A stretch of DNA of 64,000 nucleotides. It comes from Tubulanus polymorphus. Taxonomy: Eukaryota; Animalia; Nemertea. The stretch spans positions 8,130,655 through 8,194,654 of the forward strand of contig NC_134033.1 in the NCBI RefSeq assembly GCF_964204645.1, given 5' to 3'. Below are positions 34,401 through 49,400 of the stretch, piece after piece. The notes under the pieces are model-generated. The model had not been told where the DNA came from. It saw only the letters and a list, made by a program, of their open reading frames with translations, and ran no database searches. The translations under genes and the position numbers were made by a program. How positions within the stretch are numbered: the first letter of the stretch is position 1; each line of letters begins with the position of its first letter.

Positions 34401-37400
34401 ATTATTATAATTCAAAATTGAAAAATAAAATTATTATTATTACAATTATTATTATTAAGTACTGAATCTGTTGTGTGATTTCATTATAAGCCAACTTTTT
34501 GTGAGGAAAATTCGAAACATATCGGATTAGCTGCGAGCCAAGCATTCACATTGGTGCCAATTGAGTCCCTGTTTGACAGGGTGCTGAATTTGGCTTGATC
34601 AAAAATGCCGTGCCTATTTATTCATAAACACTGGTCAAATTATTGCATGTGAATGTTAATGGATTCTTGAAGTGACTCACCTTGCTGGCCTCAGCATTGT
34701 TTTGATAGCAATGTATTAACGAACAAGTGATTTTCGTGTGAATGAGCTGTCTAATTAAGCACAGGCCAAATTTGACCCAATGTTGATCAAGGCCAGTTTA
34801 AAGTGGGCCAAATTGTCTCTGTCTGACAGCAATCTCTACTAGTTCAGGTGATGGCATCTTGGATAATGATGTTATCAGGTAACCTAAGAGTCAAATAAAG
34901 TGTTCAGTTTTAGTTGAATGAAAAGATCTGTTTTAGGTCGTATTTTGATGAGTAATTCCGTCCTGAATTTCGATCTGGTCAACAAACAAGTGACAAACTT
35001 GTTTTAAATAGTTTTCTCAGTGTTGAATGGTTATCCCAAGAGTTGATTGGTTATCTTGGAGTTGAATGGATTTCGGTATTGAAAAATATCAATTTTCCAA
35101 ATAGTCCAAAAATGATGTAAAAGTATGGGGGGGGGGGGCAGATTTAATAGGTTCTCATCTCGGTCATTTCAATGTTGATAGTTATCTTAATGTTGAAGGC
35201 TTATCTATAAAATTGAACTATTATCTTTAGAGTTTAACTATTTTCCCATTCGTTGGATGGTTATCTCAGACTTGAATTGTTTTCTTGGAGTTGAACTGTT
35301 ATCTTGGAGTTGAACAGTAATCTCATAAGTTGAATGGTAATCTAGAATTGTCATCTTGGAGTTGAATGTTTATCTCTGAGTTGAATGGTTCTCGAGAGTT
35401 GAACTGACTGTTATCGCAGATTTATCTCAAATTTGGATGGTTTTGTCAGAATCGAAACGATATCTCCTACAATCTGACATAAGATGAGTCCGCTGCTTTT
35501 TCAATAAATATTTATTGATACTGTAAATATATAATTCATTCAAATTTTAATGTATAAGTAGGCCTAAATAAAGTTGAGAAAAAAGAAGTACCAAAATACA
35601 ACGTTTGTATGAACAAAATATGAATATAAGTGAAAAAATAGCACAGAATTTAGCACAAAAAGTAGATACATGGCTATTGAAACATTATACATGAGATTCA
35701 AACTAAATTTATGAAGTGATTTTCTAGTGGGTGATGTTTTACATGTAAACATCCTTGCTTAGACAAGACCTTAATGTTAATGAGTTATTTGTTAAACGTA
35801 TTTAGGTTAGCGAACAAAAACAATCCCAAATTTAACAAAAAATCGTAGAATACAGGTGGCTGTTTTACGACTTAAAGCTTCCGTTAAGTTTCATTCGTGA
35901 TTAGAAGTAATGGAACTTGAATTAACCTCATGACCCCTTGGTAATAACCGATCGTCATAAAAACTTCATTACAGTCCGGTTGCCAGTACTGTTTTCATTG
36001 ATATCACCAAATATGAACTAATTCAACTGAGGGGTTGACTAATTCAACTGAGGGGTTGAATATGTACTTAATGCACACGTATGAAAACCTATATTGCCTA
36101 GTTAAGTGTACCAAATCTATAATGATATGATATCAAAAATAGCACATTTGATTTTCGGAAAAATTTACTGAGAAAAGGCCTCGAAAATTCATCTACATTA
36201 GAAACAGTCGATTCTGCTTGCCTCGAATCATGTGGGACCGACTGATATTCTCCATGCAATTGGTCATGGCTCCTTGAATTGGAGTAGCAAAAGAATTTTA
36301 AACATTTTCCATGGCATCTGATATTCTGAGTGAATTACCTCCATAACGAGCGGATGATCTGTCATAGAACTCTTTAATACACGATGTTCATGTTATTTAT
36401 TGTTGTTGTTAGTGAAGGTCGCGTGGCTCCGTACGCGTTTGTTCGCGAACCATTTTCGTACTTGATCGGTGGTAAGCGCAGTGGCATTGCTCAGTATCGT
36501 GATCTCGCGCGGGCTAGGGTACGGATGGCGTTCATTGCATCGGTACCAACTTTTCAGAATGCACACGGTTCTTTTGCCAAAAAGACGCCGTTTTGATTCC
36601 GACCCGCAAGGCAGCACTGTCGTCGGTTTTCTGGTGGCTGAGTACGCGACGTAATCCAAACTACGCTTGACACGTTCAACAAGTCGAAGTTTCTCCGACA
36701 GGAAGTCGCGTTTTAGACGGTCGGCGTCAGCGACGTATGTGATATGGCCGCATCGTTCGACGTGTTCGTAGTCAATCTCACGGTGTTGGTATTCGTAAAA
36801 TGCGTAAAGATCCATCAGCGACGTTAAATCATCAGCGCGCTGCATCAGAGCTTCGAACATCAGTTCGACTGATGAGGTGACGTCGTTTAAACGCGTTTCG
36901 AGGTCGTGCAGCAACATCCGCATCAACTCGTACGGGTATGACACACGCGGCGTATCGTCCATCAGCGTCGCGTATAAATCGCCAAACTCCGGATTTATTG
37001 CAAACGAGTTCAATATATCGCTTGGAGTACGCGCATTCATCGGGTAATGTGTTCCAGTTGAAGGAGCGTTTCGACCAGTTGCATATTGCCAGTTGGAGTA
37101 AGGTCGCCGGATTTGACAGCGATTCAATGATCCCTTATCGGCGTAATTTGTACTCGTCGAATTCAATGGTTTAATTCCTCCGAGGACCGTGTACGTTTTA
37201 TTGGGTTGTTCCGGAGAAATGATGATAGTAGAGTACGCTTCTCCGACGCTGTCGCGTTGTCGAATAAATGTTTCATCGGCTCCAAATTGCAACCGGTCAG
37301 TAGTTTCCGGAGTCGTCGGAGCGGATACCTCCACTCCGGTTGAGTCTGGTTCCACCGTGACTGTTGTTGAATCGGCAATTTCGCTTGGAATGGCTGTACT

Positions 37401-40400
37401 GTTCACATATTTGGCTCCCGTTTTATCTGCCGAGTCATATCCGCTGTCATCCAGAAAAACTTCTCGTTCTTCGCCGCTCGTTGTTGGATTTGAACTCGAA
37501 TCTGCCATTTCGGGATAACAAATACCTTTTACGAATAATGAAAATGAGAAAATTTTTGTGATGTTTAAAAAATTCACGAAGGAATCTCACGAAATTTTTA
37601 GATTTCATTGTTGAAATGTTTGATTAATTTCCTTCACTTCAATGTGGAAGGCCTACAGCGAAACTGAAAACAACTCCTCCCTTCAGTTAAACAATTATTA
37701 ATGATGAGTATACCAAGCACCGAATAGAAATTCAATCTTATATCTTTTTCTTGGCTCGTACGATAATGTTTTAAATCAGGAGCTGGAAAAATTCTGTGCA
37801 AAGTTGAAAGTAATCATCTAATTTCGACTAATGTACAATTGATAATTTGATAAGTCATGCAATTTGGTGATGCGTGCCAGTGTCCTATTAAAACTGGTAA
37901 CTATCAATCGGATTTTTCCAAACAATTATTATTTGAAAATGAAACAAAGAATCCTGGAATCGGTTGAAGGTTGAAATTAATTAATTTAAACTCATGTGTG
38001 TGTGAAGTCGGATATATCTGAGAACTGAACTATGAAACTGAGTCTTGTAAATGAAAAAAAACGGATTATTCGTGACAAATTTCAGATCATTTATCAGGGT
38101 GGCTACTTACTTCGAAATCAGGGAAAAGTCAAGGAATTTTTTTTACTTTAAATAAGTCGTGGAATTTTATGAAAAAAAGGTAATAATCAGGGAAAAATCA
38201 GTGTTAATTGATTGGATTTGGAAAAGCCGGTCGAATAGATAAAAGTGGCTACCCTGTTTATTCTATCAATTATTGCATGATGAAAGATGTTCCTTACCAG
38301 GTCAGAAGTGGCAATATCCGAAATTACGGTTGAAATGAATTTAAACCAGGGAGGGGGAACTACACTGGCGCACTATTCTATGTCCATTGGCTCGTTCAGT
38401 GAGTTGCAAGATTGCAAAATTGATGAATTCTCATCAGTTTTTGTGATTGAATGAGTGAGTGAAAATGAAATGTATTCAGTTCTGTTGAGTGTGACTGTCA
38501 TGGTGTGTGGCGCGTGCTTCAATGATTTGAATACACAACGCATGGATTCTCAATGACTTCGAATCGCCGTTCACTAAAATTGTATGTAGAATTGTATGTA
38601 GACACCGTGATATCGATTCAATTAATGCCTATGAATTAAGCTAAAATAGAATACGTAGAAATGCGCAATGGATTTTTAAAAAGCATTTCAACTGGTCTTG
38701 TGCAAATTGGATTTGACAAAAATAAGATAAAGAATGATTCCACTGATGAAATACTAGCTAGGTCCCGTCATTAGGACAGAAAGATTTTGATCATTTAATT
38801 TTGGTTCTCGTGCTTCTGTTAATCTCTATCCCTATTGAATTTTGTCAGAAAGCGTTGAGTATTTGTTGATTTAGTTATCTAGTTGGAACTATATTTCTTT
38901 TTCGGAAGAACTCCTGTTATAGTTATCTATTCGCTACTGCTAGCTGCGTATATATGTATATGGAAACCTTGCCTCATGTGTGGCCTAGTTAAAAGTTTCC
39001 CAAGAAACTGCATAGGATTCTAGCAACTGCAGGCACCATGGTAAAACACTTACGGCAAGCACGCATATCCTAAATCTTTAGAATAATGACCTGTAATGGA
39101 AATCTTGATGAATTGAAAATGCTTAGACTGAGGTCCTGTCTGCTTCAAAACAACTATTGACATGTGGATGCAAGGCTTGTACCCCATGGACTGCATGATC
39201 AACTTAATTGGCCTGTCATGGGTTTTAGGCAATTGTGCCAAGAGCAGACTGTATCCCGTGGTCATAGTAAGAAGTAATACTTACTGACGTTAATGTAAAT
39301 TTAGGAAAGTCTATATTAAGAATTTCCTTTCTTGCTAATTCTTTCATTCTATTGAAATCCTGATGGTTGCGTTATATTCTTTGGTTTCATGAAATTTTCC
39401 AGATAAACCAAATGTGATTGTCGTTCAAAAGGCTCAGTCTGCTAAAGGGCATGGATCAGCTGCGAGATCAACACTGTCTTCTGCTGTGGGAACTCCTTTT
39501 GAAAAGGTGAGAGCTAAGGTAAATTTCTTTGACAATCAACATAGTGAGCACTTCTGCTACCATTGGGCAATAAGGTTTATGAGCGTGAATTAAACTGTTC
39601 AAACTTACCAAATAAAAACGTTAGTAACGTAGATAGAAATAAAAACTTTGTAATGGAGGGTGCATTGTGCACTCTAATGGAGTTACAGTTTTGGGATATC
39701 GTTAAATTTGACACGTACTATCTTACCGGGTATGATTGTTGAGTTTGATGAATTTTTGTGACTCATTAAGTTGTAAGGTTGAACTACAACTGGTCTTCAA
39801 TCCAATGCCAGCGTAAATGAAAAACATGGTTTTTATTTGGTTATAGGAATTAGTAAGTTTTATACGTCAGGATGTTGGTAGTAAAGGTTCACCTTCAATT
39901 ATCAAAGTGGAGAAAAAGGTTCTGCAAAAACCGATGAAAACAGACAATTCCAGAAGGGTAAGTAAGGAATTGTTGCCTTGTGGATGAATAGGATAAAGGT
40001 ACAATAACAACAGAGATTGCAGACGTAGAGAGAATCCCACAATGATAAGGAAAAAGTACGAAAATGTTACTTTGAGCTAGTAGTTTATTCAACTTTTTCG
40101 TTATCATTGTGGGATTTGCATCAACACAGATATAGTGTTTTATCAATCGTGAGAGATTGCAGACCCTCCAACCCTACTGTCTATTGCAATGGCTTTGCAC
40201 CAAAATAAAATGCTTCTATTGCAATGGCTTTGCACCAAAATAAAATGCTATTGTCAAAATTTTGTTAAGCTGCTGTTTAGACAGCTGAAAAAATCTTAAT
40301 TTCAAACACGCATTATCATCTTTAGTGTTTCTTTAGATCTTCTGACAAAAGTTTTCCCTAAGTCGATAACCTCAGTTTTTGAGCGGCGTTTATGCAATTC

Positions 40401-43400
40401 TCAAAATTAGTTTTTTTTCTGCAAGTAGATTTTATCCTGTAACATGTACATGTCATACATGTGCATGCAAATATAATAGGCCTACCGTATTTTCCGGTGT
40501 ATAAGTCGAGTTTTTGAGACCAAAAATCATGTCCAAAAAACGTAGGTCGACTTATACACCGGCCACACTTTCGAAATCATTTTAAACGGACGATGTTTAG
40601 AGTTCAAGGTCGCCATGATGAAATGGAATATTAATTTATGTTAGGCTACACTCATATACCAATTTGAATTTAGGATGTTGATAAAAATAGTTTCTTATAG
40701 TTTGGAAATGTTTCTAAATTAACTAATGTTAAAAATCAAAAAAGAAAGAAAACCGCGTATATTCATTGTACAGTGTTTATATAACCCATGATCAGGGGCG
40801 GATCCAGACCGTATTAGCCGTATTGCCCAATACGGTCTCGAATTTTTAAGTGCCCTTCGAAATTTCACCGGCAATATTTTTGACGGCATTATTTCAGCAA
40901 CCGCTAATTCCGTGTCCGTAATCCGGGCATAATTATAAAATTAATCGGTATATACCGCTGCCGAGAAAGTGAGGAGAGATAATCATATTTGTAAAGCCTT
41001 TAATCATGATAAATTAAAAAGGGCACTTTCCTTTTGCAAGGGGCACTCATGCTTTAGATGAGGGCACCTTGTCCTTGCCTTTTCAGGGAGGGCTAAAGGG
41101 GCACTCGTACTTTAGAAGAGGGCACTATACGCGGAAAATGTTGAAGAAAAGGGCACTTTTTTGCCTAATTTTGAAAATTTTAGGGGCACTTTTGGTTTGG
41201 AAGATGGCACACGACATAAGGATAAATGTGAAGACGAGGCAATTTTTGCCGATTGTTAACAATGAAGGGGCACTTAGCCATATTCTGTATAATTGTTAAG
41301 GGGCACTTTTAAAGATTATAGGGGCACTAGGCGAAGTTGGCGACAACCATTCTTTCATGGGTTCGCCAGCTTCATTTTTTATCCGCATCTGTTGAAATCT
41401 TGTCTCGAATTCGTTTATTCTGGATTGCTCTGCTAGCCTCTAGAAGCCCTCTAAAAGCCTTTAAATGGTACCATATTTTCAAAATTTTCTGGGGGTGGGA
41501 CCCCCCTCTAAGGACTTCGCGCCTTTGGCGCTCGCATTGACCTGGATACTGGGTGTGCCCTAAGATCAGAAAGGTGCCCTTAAATTTCCTTCCAATACTG
41601 TCTACCCATCCCCCTGGATCCACCCCTGATGATGCTGTGGCAGCGTGCCAATAATCAATATGCAGCAGTCTAATACTAGACTAGAGGCGCGCGGCATTCA
41701 ATGTATACACTATACATTCAACACTGGATACAAACAATGAGCACTAATCCGGTAATTTAATATTAGAAACAACAGATCCCAATGATTTAATAATGCAACA
41801 GTGGTAAAGACTCTCAACTACTATGAGAATGACATCGGCACTGTTTTCAATGTGACATATGTAAACACATGAAGAAGCGACTCGACTTATAGCCCTAGCA
41901 CAATTTTTTAAACTGAAAATTTGACCTCGACTTATACACCGGGTCGACTTGTACACCGGAAAATACGGTACATGTTGACACTCCTGTGATCAATGAACAT
42001 GTATCAAACAGGCACACAGGAAGCAAGCATTGGGTTGGGTAGGCCCAACCATGATTATTGAATGTAAAATGGCCCTGTTTCCACATGTGAAAGTGAAAAA
42101 ATTGTGATTGTGAATATTGGGGTGGCGTATTTTCTCCGCGTTTGAACCTCTGTGAAGTGCGTTAGAGGAAGCCTCCGCTAGTGTGCGCCCAGGCTAAATA
42201 AACAAATATGTTGAAATCTAAAAAGGGGCAGTGAATCTTGATAATTGTTCAATTTATAACAATTAATTGTCTAACAAAACTTCATTTCAATTTCATGCAC
42301 ATTGTATGTAATATTAAGTGAATTCATTCGGCATCCTGGTGGTTTATATTGTAATTGTACGGAGGATGTCTATCTATTTGAGTTCACCATTGCGTATATT
42401 CATGATGAGTCATGCAGTTATTATGTGTGATTTTTCCGTGTTAATGATTTAAAGACCTGTTCTTCGAGCGTTTGAAATAAGAAATGATTGAAGGTAAGGT
42501 CTTTAGATCTTTTATGATTTGTGAAGCCCCATGATTTGTGAAGCTGCCTCATCAAGCCCCATACAATTTTTTTACAAGGATTTTTCTTATTTCTGAATGC
42601 AGATTTGAAGTTTGAAATTGTCAAAAAGTACGATTTTAGATTTATTATAGTTCCGTTTTACAAAATACCCTGGCTGTTGTCTTACAGTACACAAAACATA
42701 ATTGGTGTATGTCATTAGCAGTAAGTGGTGTGAATTGTTCAACATAGTTATTTGATTATCTTCACTTGAAAATCAATTTAATATGAACTATTTCTTAAAG
42801 CTTATAGACAACAAACAGATTCATGTGAAAAATGGGTATCTGCTCAAAGAATTGTGAAAAATTCCAGAGAAGTCAAAATATTTGATCCCCTTCTTATGGC
42901 AATATACTGTAGAGCTTAGAATTTATACACAAGCTATGTTAGAATTTGGGAGATTTCATTTCAATCTGACAAGGTTGTGATCAGTTCCCGTTGATGTTAT
43001 TATACCTTGGAATCTGGAAAAATGTGAAAAAGCCAACAAATTTTTAATGGTGCGAAAAATCTGAAATTTCCAGTACACGTGTATTTATAAATCTGACTCC
43101 TGGAATAAACGATTGATTTTTTCAGATCGAAACTCGAACTCTGTCAACAGATGGAGCTGAGAGACCGGCTGCCTCGTCGTCGGTCCTCGCTGAACTGATC
43201 CACGCAGTCAGCATGCAACAACAACTCAACCCTGATACGATTGGTACAAACACTAGATGTATAGAAGAGGGCATCGTTACCTCTACCGGCGACGGTAATG
43301 CCAAATCATCATCCGACAGTAAGTTTTATTAAGATGCTGGTGACATTTATCACTAACAAAATACCTGTAGAGGCGGCAGGTTTTTTTTTTCGCTGGGAAC

Positions 43401-46400
43401 TTCAAACTTTTTGATTTATTGGCTATGAATTCTAGAATGTATTATTGTTATATGCATTGAATGATCTCCCGAGCTTATGGAGATCATGTGGGATCTCAAA
43501 AACTGGGGAGTTAGGGTTCTTCACTTATTGAAGATGTCCTGCGCACGTCTTAGTCACAAGTTGCAAAACTATTGGAAGCAAACAAATACAGGGTTCGTAG
43601 CGGGCCTTGAAATCCTTGCAAAGCCTAGGATTGTCAAAAGGAAATTCAAGGCATTGAAAAGCCTTGAATTCAGCACTTTGGTCTTGAAAATTGATTTAAG
43701 GGCCTTGAATTTGAAAATGATGCAAATCTGTAGATTTATGAGTGTTTTTTGTAATGATAGAAATTTTGATAACAGAGTAACGATGCCTAATGCATGGTAT
43801 GTAAATCGTATTGATTTCTTTTTTTCATCCTTGGAGACCTATGTTGTACAGTAGGTGTCTATTTGAGTCATTGGGGAAAACCTGCTACTATGTATATTCA
43901 TGATGAATCATCATTCAATTGTGCGTGATTGCTGCATGTATAACGCTTTTCACGGAGATGATATCAATTGACATGGACCATGGATCCCTCCGAAATCCCG
44001 CCAAAAACATCTGGTTGAAAAAAGTTGTTTTCATTGGATTTTATTTAGAAAAAAAAGTTTTTTTAAAAATATTTCCATCTTAGTTATTTGCAAATAGTAA
44101 ATTTTCTCCCAACATTGGAATTCAACCCGATACAGTTTTCACTCCTATTTTTCCGTTATTTTTCCAAGATTTTACATGGAAAATCTGTACTTCAACTAAT
44201 TAAAAAGTCATTAGTGCAGGCATTAGTGTTGGCTCAAAATTGAAATTATCAAATTTCTTAAAGTTGCTGTAGTTGGCTGTGTCGGTAAATATCAGTGAAT
44301 TCGGGTCAGCAGTGGCACAATGAACCCCGTTAAAGCTGTTTTGAATGTTTTTGAATGGATGAAGCGAGGAAATATTGCTGTAAAAATGTTTTTCATGGGG
44401 GTAAAAAGCCTTGAATGTGTTTCTCTAACGGCCTTGAATTTTGGTTGGTCTTGAGGCTATGAACCCTGACAGTGTTCTCCATTGTAAAAAATTTGTAGGG
44501 GTGGTACGTACTCAGAAAACGAGCCTAAGGCGCGAGCACTCATTGGGAAGGGGGTTCCGGGGGCCCTCCCACGGAAAAATGTACTATTTGTAGGTGCTCA
44601 GATGCGTTTTCCATGCATTTGGGGTCAACTAGTTTAAGTTTGGTAATTTTTTATAGCCTTTGGCTAGAAAGCGATCGTTGGCAGTTTGCTTGAAGCACTT
44701 TTCTGATGAAGATTGGTAGTCCTATGTGTATAAAATAGTTCGATGTTCTTCCATTCATATAACTAAGATTTGTCAATAAAGCTCAGCAAGCATTTATTTA
44801 CTTCCATTTGGTAACCTAATGTTTGAAAAATATTTTGGTAATCGTAATACATGTTTTTCTATGGGCATTGAGACTTGAAAAATTGAGGCCACTGGTTTAG
44901 TTAATTCTGTGCTGCTTCAGTGTGCATTGATCCCAGGATATTTATAAGCCTACCTGAGCTGCGCCGCGTGGCTCAGTGATGAGCCATTTCTACAATTATT
45001 GACGTACATGTATTAAGTTTTTATGGCTTGAAGCGTTTGTCTGACTCACTATTTATATAATTATTGACATACTGGTGATTTTTGTTTGTGTGTCTACGAG
45101 AGAATAATCGCTGGTGATATCGAACTGAAGATCGTCACTGACAGATTTTCAAACTATGTCGGCTACAGGGGCGGCTAATCTTTTCATAGGGGCGGACAAC
45201 TTTTTCAGGGGCGGACATGAAAATTAAAGGGGTGGGCCGCCCCTTAAAAACCCCTAATGGAGAACACTGACTTATTGCAAGGATAAGAATATATTGCTCA
45301 GTCGGTTGTCAACCCTTTGACTGCTGTTTGTTAGTCTACTTAGTCATGGGCCAAGCACTAGGACTGTATGCAGATACTAATTGCTGTAATGTTATAAGTC
45401 ACTCATTGCTGTGGATGCCTGAAATTTGTTTTGTTTGGGTTTATTTATGTGGGCCATTTAGTTGTTTTTAACTAACAAAGTAGCCATCGCACCAGTTCGC
45501 TCAAATCAGTGTGATTATGATCTTCTGATTTAGATCAGAACTCCCAATCCATGATGCCTCTTGGGTCTAGGGGCAGGGGCGAATCGAGGGAATCTGGGAG
45601 GCTGGGGTCCAGAGGAAAAAAAGGTATTTCTCAGATAAAGCAGCCATGTCAGAGGCCACTCGCAGGTTGCACTCTTGGGGTTAAGGTATTTTTAAAGAAA
45701 TGTACACCTTAAAAGATGCAAATTCCGAGAGGATGAGTGTCAAATTCGCAGGTTTAAGCAATCTTTGTCTTTACATAAGGGCAACCTCCATAGTAAAGCA
45801 GGGGTCTGGACCCCTGAGACCACCCCTGAGACCCTGATCCTCTTTCCCTCTTCTTTTTCCATTAATAGTCTATAAAAGTGTTGCTTGTACTTTATTTCAG
45901 AATTGAATGAATGGGTCGATTATGATGTGGGTGATGATGAAATAGCATCAACATCGATGGCTGATACAACAACTACCAATCCGAGTATAAAAGGTTTATT
46001 GAAAGCGGCGACTTCAATTTCAGAATCTCGGTAAGTGTGCCGGATCAGAGTAGAGGCTGAATAGTAAACCGCTGATCTCTTAGCAATCCTGGTGGTGGCT
46101 ATCAATCAGTCTTTCATGTGTAGGTCACTCATCAATCCAGGGTTCATGTGTTTGAACCCCGGTGATAGCAGTCAGTCTTCCATGCACTAGTCTCTCATCA
46201 ATCCAGGGTTCATATGTTTGAATCAAAATTCAGTCCGCAAACAGCTTCAAAACACCCTTGTCAAATCATGGATGTGAAGCTTGTTTCCCATGGACTGCAT
46301 GGTCATGGGTTTTGGCAATTGTGCCGTGAGCAGACTGTATCCGGTGGTCATTGTAAGTATACTTACTTACAATTTTGATTGTATGGAATAAACATGCATC

Positions 46401-49400
46401 ATAGTGTACATTTAGGAAAGTACATATTAAGAAGTTCATTTCTTGTTTATACTTACCATTGAGGAGGCCCCATGAAGATACTCCTCAAATTTCTATGAAG
46501 AAGGAAAATCCAATGTACGCCGTGGAAAAACCAATATTTTTCAGCTTAACCATATTCAATAAACCAATATATTTCTAAACCAATTTTGTTAACACTTTCT
46601 CCTTTTTGGAGGGCTACCTTTTTGGAAACGACTCATCAACATTTCTCTCATAAAGTAATGCCCGAATTCCATGCAGATGGCAGCACCTGATGTTCTATCA
46701 GCCTCATAAACATACTACCCTATATGGTGTGCATTGGCACCATAGAGTTGAATATTTTGAGGATTCAGTTTACTTGTTACTGATTAGTTACTGGTGATGA
46801 CTTTCTCATTCATGATGACCTCGACTATATAGTGAAATCATGCTGAGTTTTTAGTAATAAAAACCTTCCAGAGATGCCCTGTTTCTCGTAGAGGAATAAA
46901 ACCTTCAATCATCAGGCCTTTTTTAGCCCACTTGGGACTTAAGTCCCAGCGGGCTATTACGTTCATTTTTCGTCCGTCGCCCGTTCGTTCGTCAGTCCGT
47001 CCGTAGACGGAATTCAGTTATGTTGGGAAGTTTAACAAGGTAATGTCTTGATATTTGGTTTATACATGTATCTACCCTAGACACATCTTCACCCCAAAAA
47101 CTGGCCCTGTCAGATTCAAGATGGCCGACTGGCAGCCATTGTTCGCCAAAATCAGCACTTTTTCGAGGGAAACTTTGAAGACGCTTTTATCATTTACCTT
47201 GATCATTCATATATATTGATATCCCCCAAGGGTACATCAGCATGAGAAAAATTGGGTCGATCGGACTCAAGATGGCTGTCCTATGACCTTTTTTTTGGCC
47301 CGAAAATGTCAATTTTGGTCGGAATTCTGAGTCCTGGAGCTTCCTAATGGTTTGCCATTTTTCATTTCAATTTGTGATGGGTATTCTTTGGAAAAGGATC
47401 TTTTGTACCCGAGACAGGTATATTTGATCAAGCAATTATGACGCATTTGGCGACCATCTTGGTGTCATCAGTACTCATTCGTAGGTGGAAGAAAGTTTTT
47501 CCACATTATATTGATACTTAAGCATATTTTGTTACCACAATCAATTGGGAAGTTGTAGCTCATGATATGGTCTATGATCATGGGGAGTTTCAAGGTCATT
47601 GGTTTTTGCATATGGCCACCAGGGGGCGTTGAACAATGTAAAAACTTAGTATTTCCTTATTATATTGGTACTTAGACATATTTTGTTACCATGATCGATT
47701 GCAAAGTTGTAGTTCATGACATGTTCTATGATTGTGGTGAGTTACAAGGTTATTGGGTTTTGAATATGGTCACCAGTGGACGAAGAGTAGTAGAATAACT
47801 TAGTATTTCCATATTTATGGTAACTAGGCATATTTTGTTACCACAATCAATTACAAAATTGTAGCTGCTGACATGTTTTATGATTGTGGTGGGTTTCAAG
47901 GTCATTGGATGGGGCGTTGAATATTGAAATTTTTAGATTGTTGAGCATCTGAAACCACTTCCCAAGTGGCCATGGTGTCCCTGGACCCCTAGTTTAATTA
48001 GTTGGAGTACGGATCCAGTGCCGTGTTTTGGCCCAAGTGCTGATTTTTTCCCCCGTCTAACCGTTGGGCCTTCCCCAAAAAGATATCATAACAGACCTGC
48101 CAACCGTTACGGTTTTGCCGTTATACGTTACGTTTGGTATTAAAATATTTAATAGCACAATCCCCAGCCGACATATGACCCCACCTGCTTATCATTTATC
48201 AGTGTGCTTACTGTGGCAACTTTCTTCGGAAAACGGAAGTAGGCCGTGTTTGGTTCTGTTTCTGTAGAATATGTGGTAAGGAAAATGGACGATAGTAATT
48301 ATAGTGAATCGAAAATCGCTGTTCTATTGGCTGATGATCAAGCCGTCGCCTGTTCCCAGAAGAAATGCAGGCTCCAGAAATTTAAACCAGACTATCAAGC
48401 GTTACCAAATCCGTGTTATTGCGGGATACCAGTGCTGTTACTGGGGAACTCCAATACGTTACGGGCTAATTTGGAAAGTACATTCAGACATTTTTCTACC
48501 ATTGCGTAATCTGTCAAACTGGTGATGTTACTGAGAAACTCCTATATGTTACTGGCAAAAATCAGAATTGTTCAGACATAGTCAAACTCAATGTTGGCAG
48601 GTCTGTCATAAAATGAAAAAAATCTTTTTATTTCTGCGCCCGTCCGATTAAAACGAACTTGCTATTATAAAAGATGAAACTTTATTTTCTTGGCAGCTGT
48701 TGTACAAAACAAAAGATGGTTACATAATAGAAAAATAAAAGTTCGAGTATGTTTCATGTCAGTGGTTCTCGGTACGTAGTACAACAGTCTAGATGGCGGC
48801 GCCTACTCCGCCAGCGGCGTGCTTTTTGTTAATCACCAAAAAGGGTTCTCGTGAGACCGAACGGCGATTAGCAAAGCTTTCACTTAATCTGCCGATATTG
48901 CAGGTTCCGTCAATGATATGTGGCGAGGAGGAGGTGGTAAAAATTGAGATGTATGGTCTTCCTGGAGGACGGTCTGCCAGTTGTCGGTCGTGGGAAAAAA
49001 ATAAAAATGAGTCTGATATCTGAAAATGATTTCTTGCGTTTGAAACTATTACTACAAATAAAGAGTTTTTATGATTTTTAGATATATATCTCTTTTTACT
49101 TAGATATTTGTCTTCAATGCCACCTATAGGCCTATAGAATATCCTGTTTAAATTATTTCTTTAATAACTTAATTTCTTTCAAACAGTCATTTAAATAGGA
49201 AAATCAATGTGAGAGGCGCTTGAAATGTAAGAAAATAATCTTATTTCTGATCCTTCAGAAAATTAATGCAAAAACATGACAAAAAAATAAAAGGTTTTTT
49301 TGTAAATTTTTTGTCCTTTGCCCTTCGAGGATCCTGGCACTGGGTTATCAATAGAAATAAATTTTTTTATTTCCCCTTTGCCCTTCCACTTTCCACCCAA

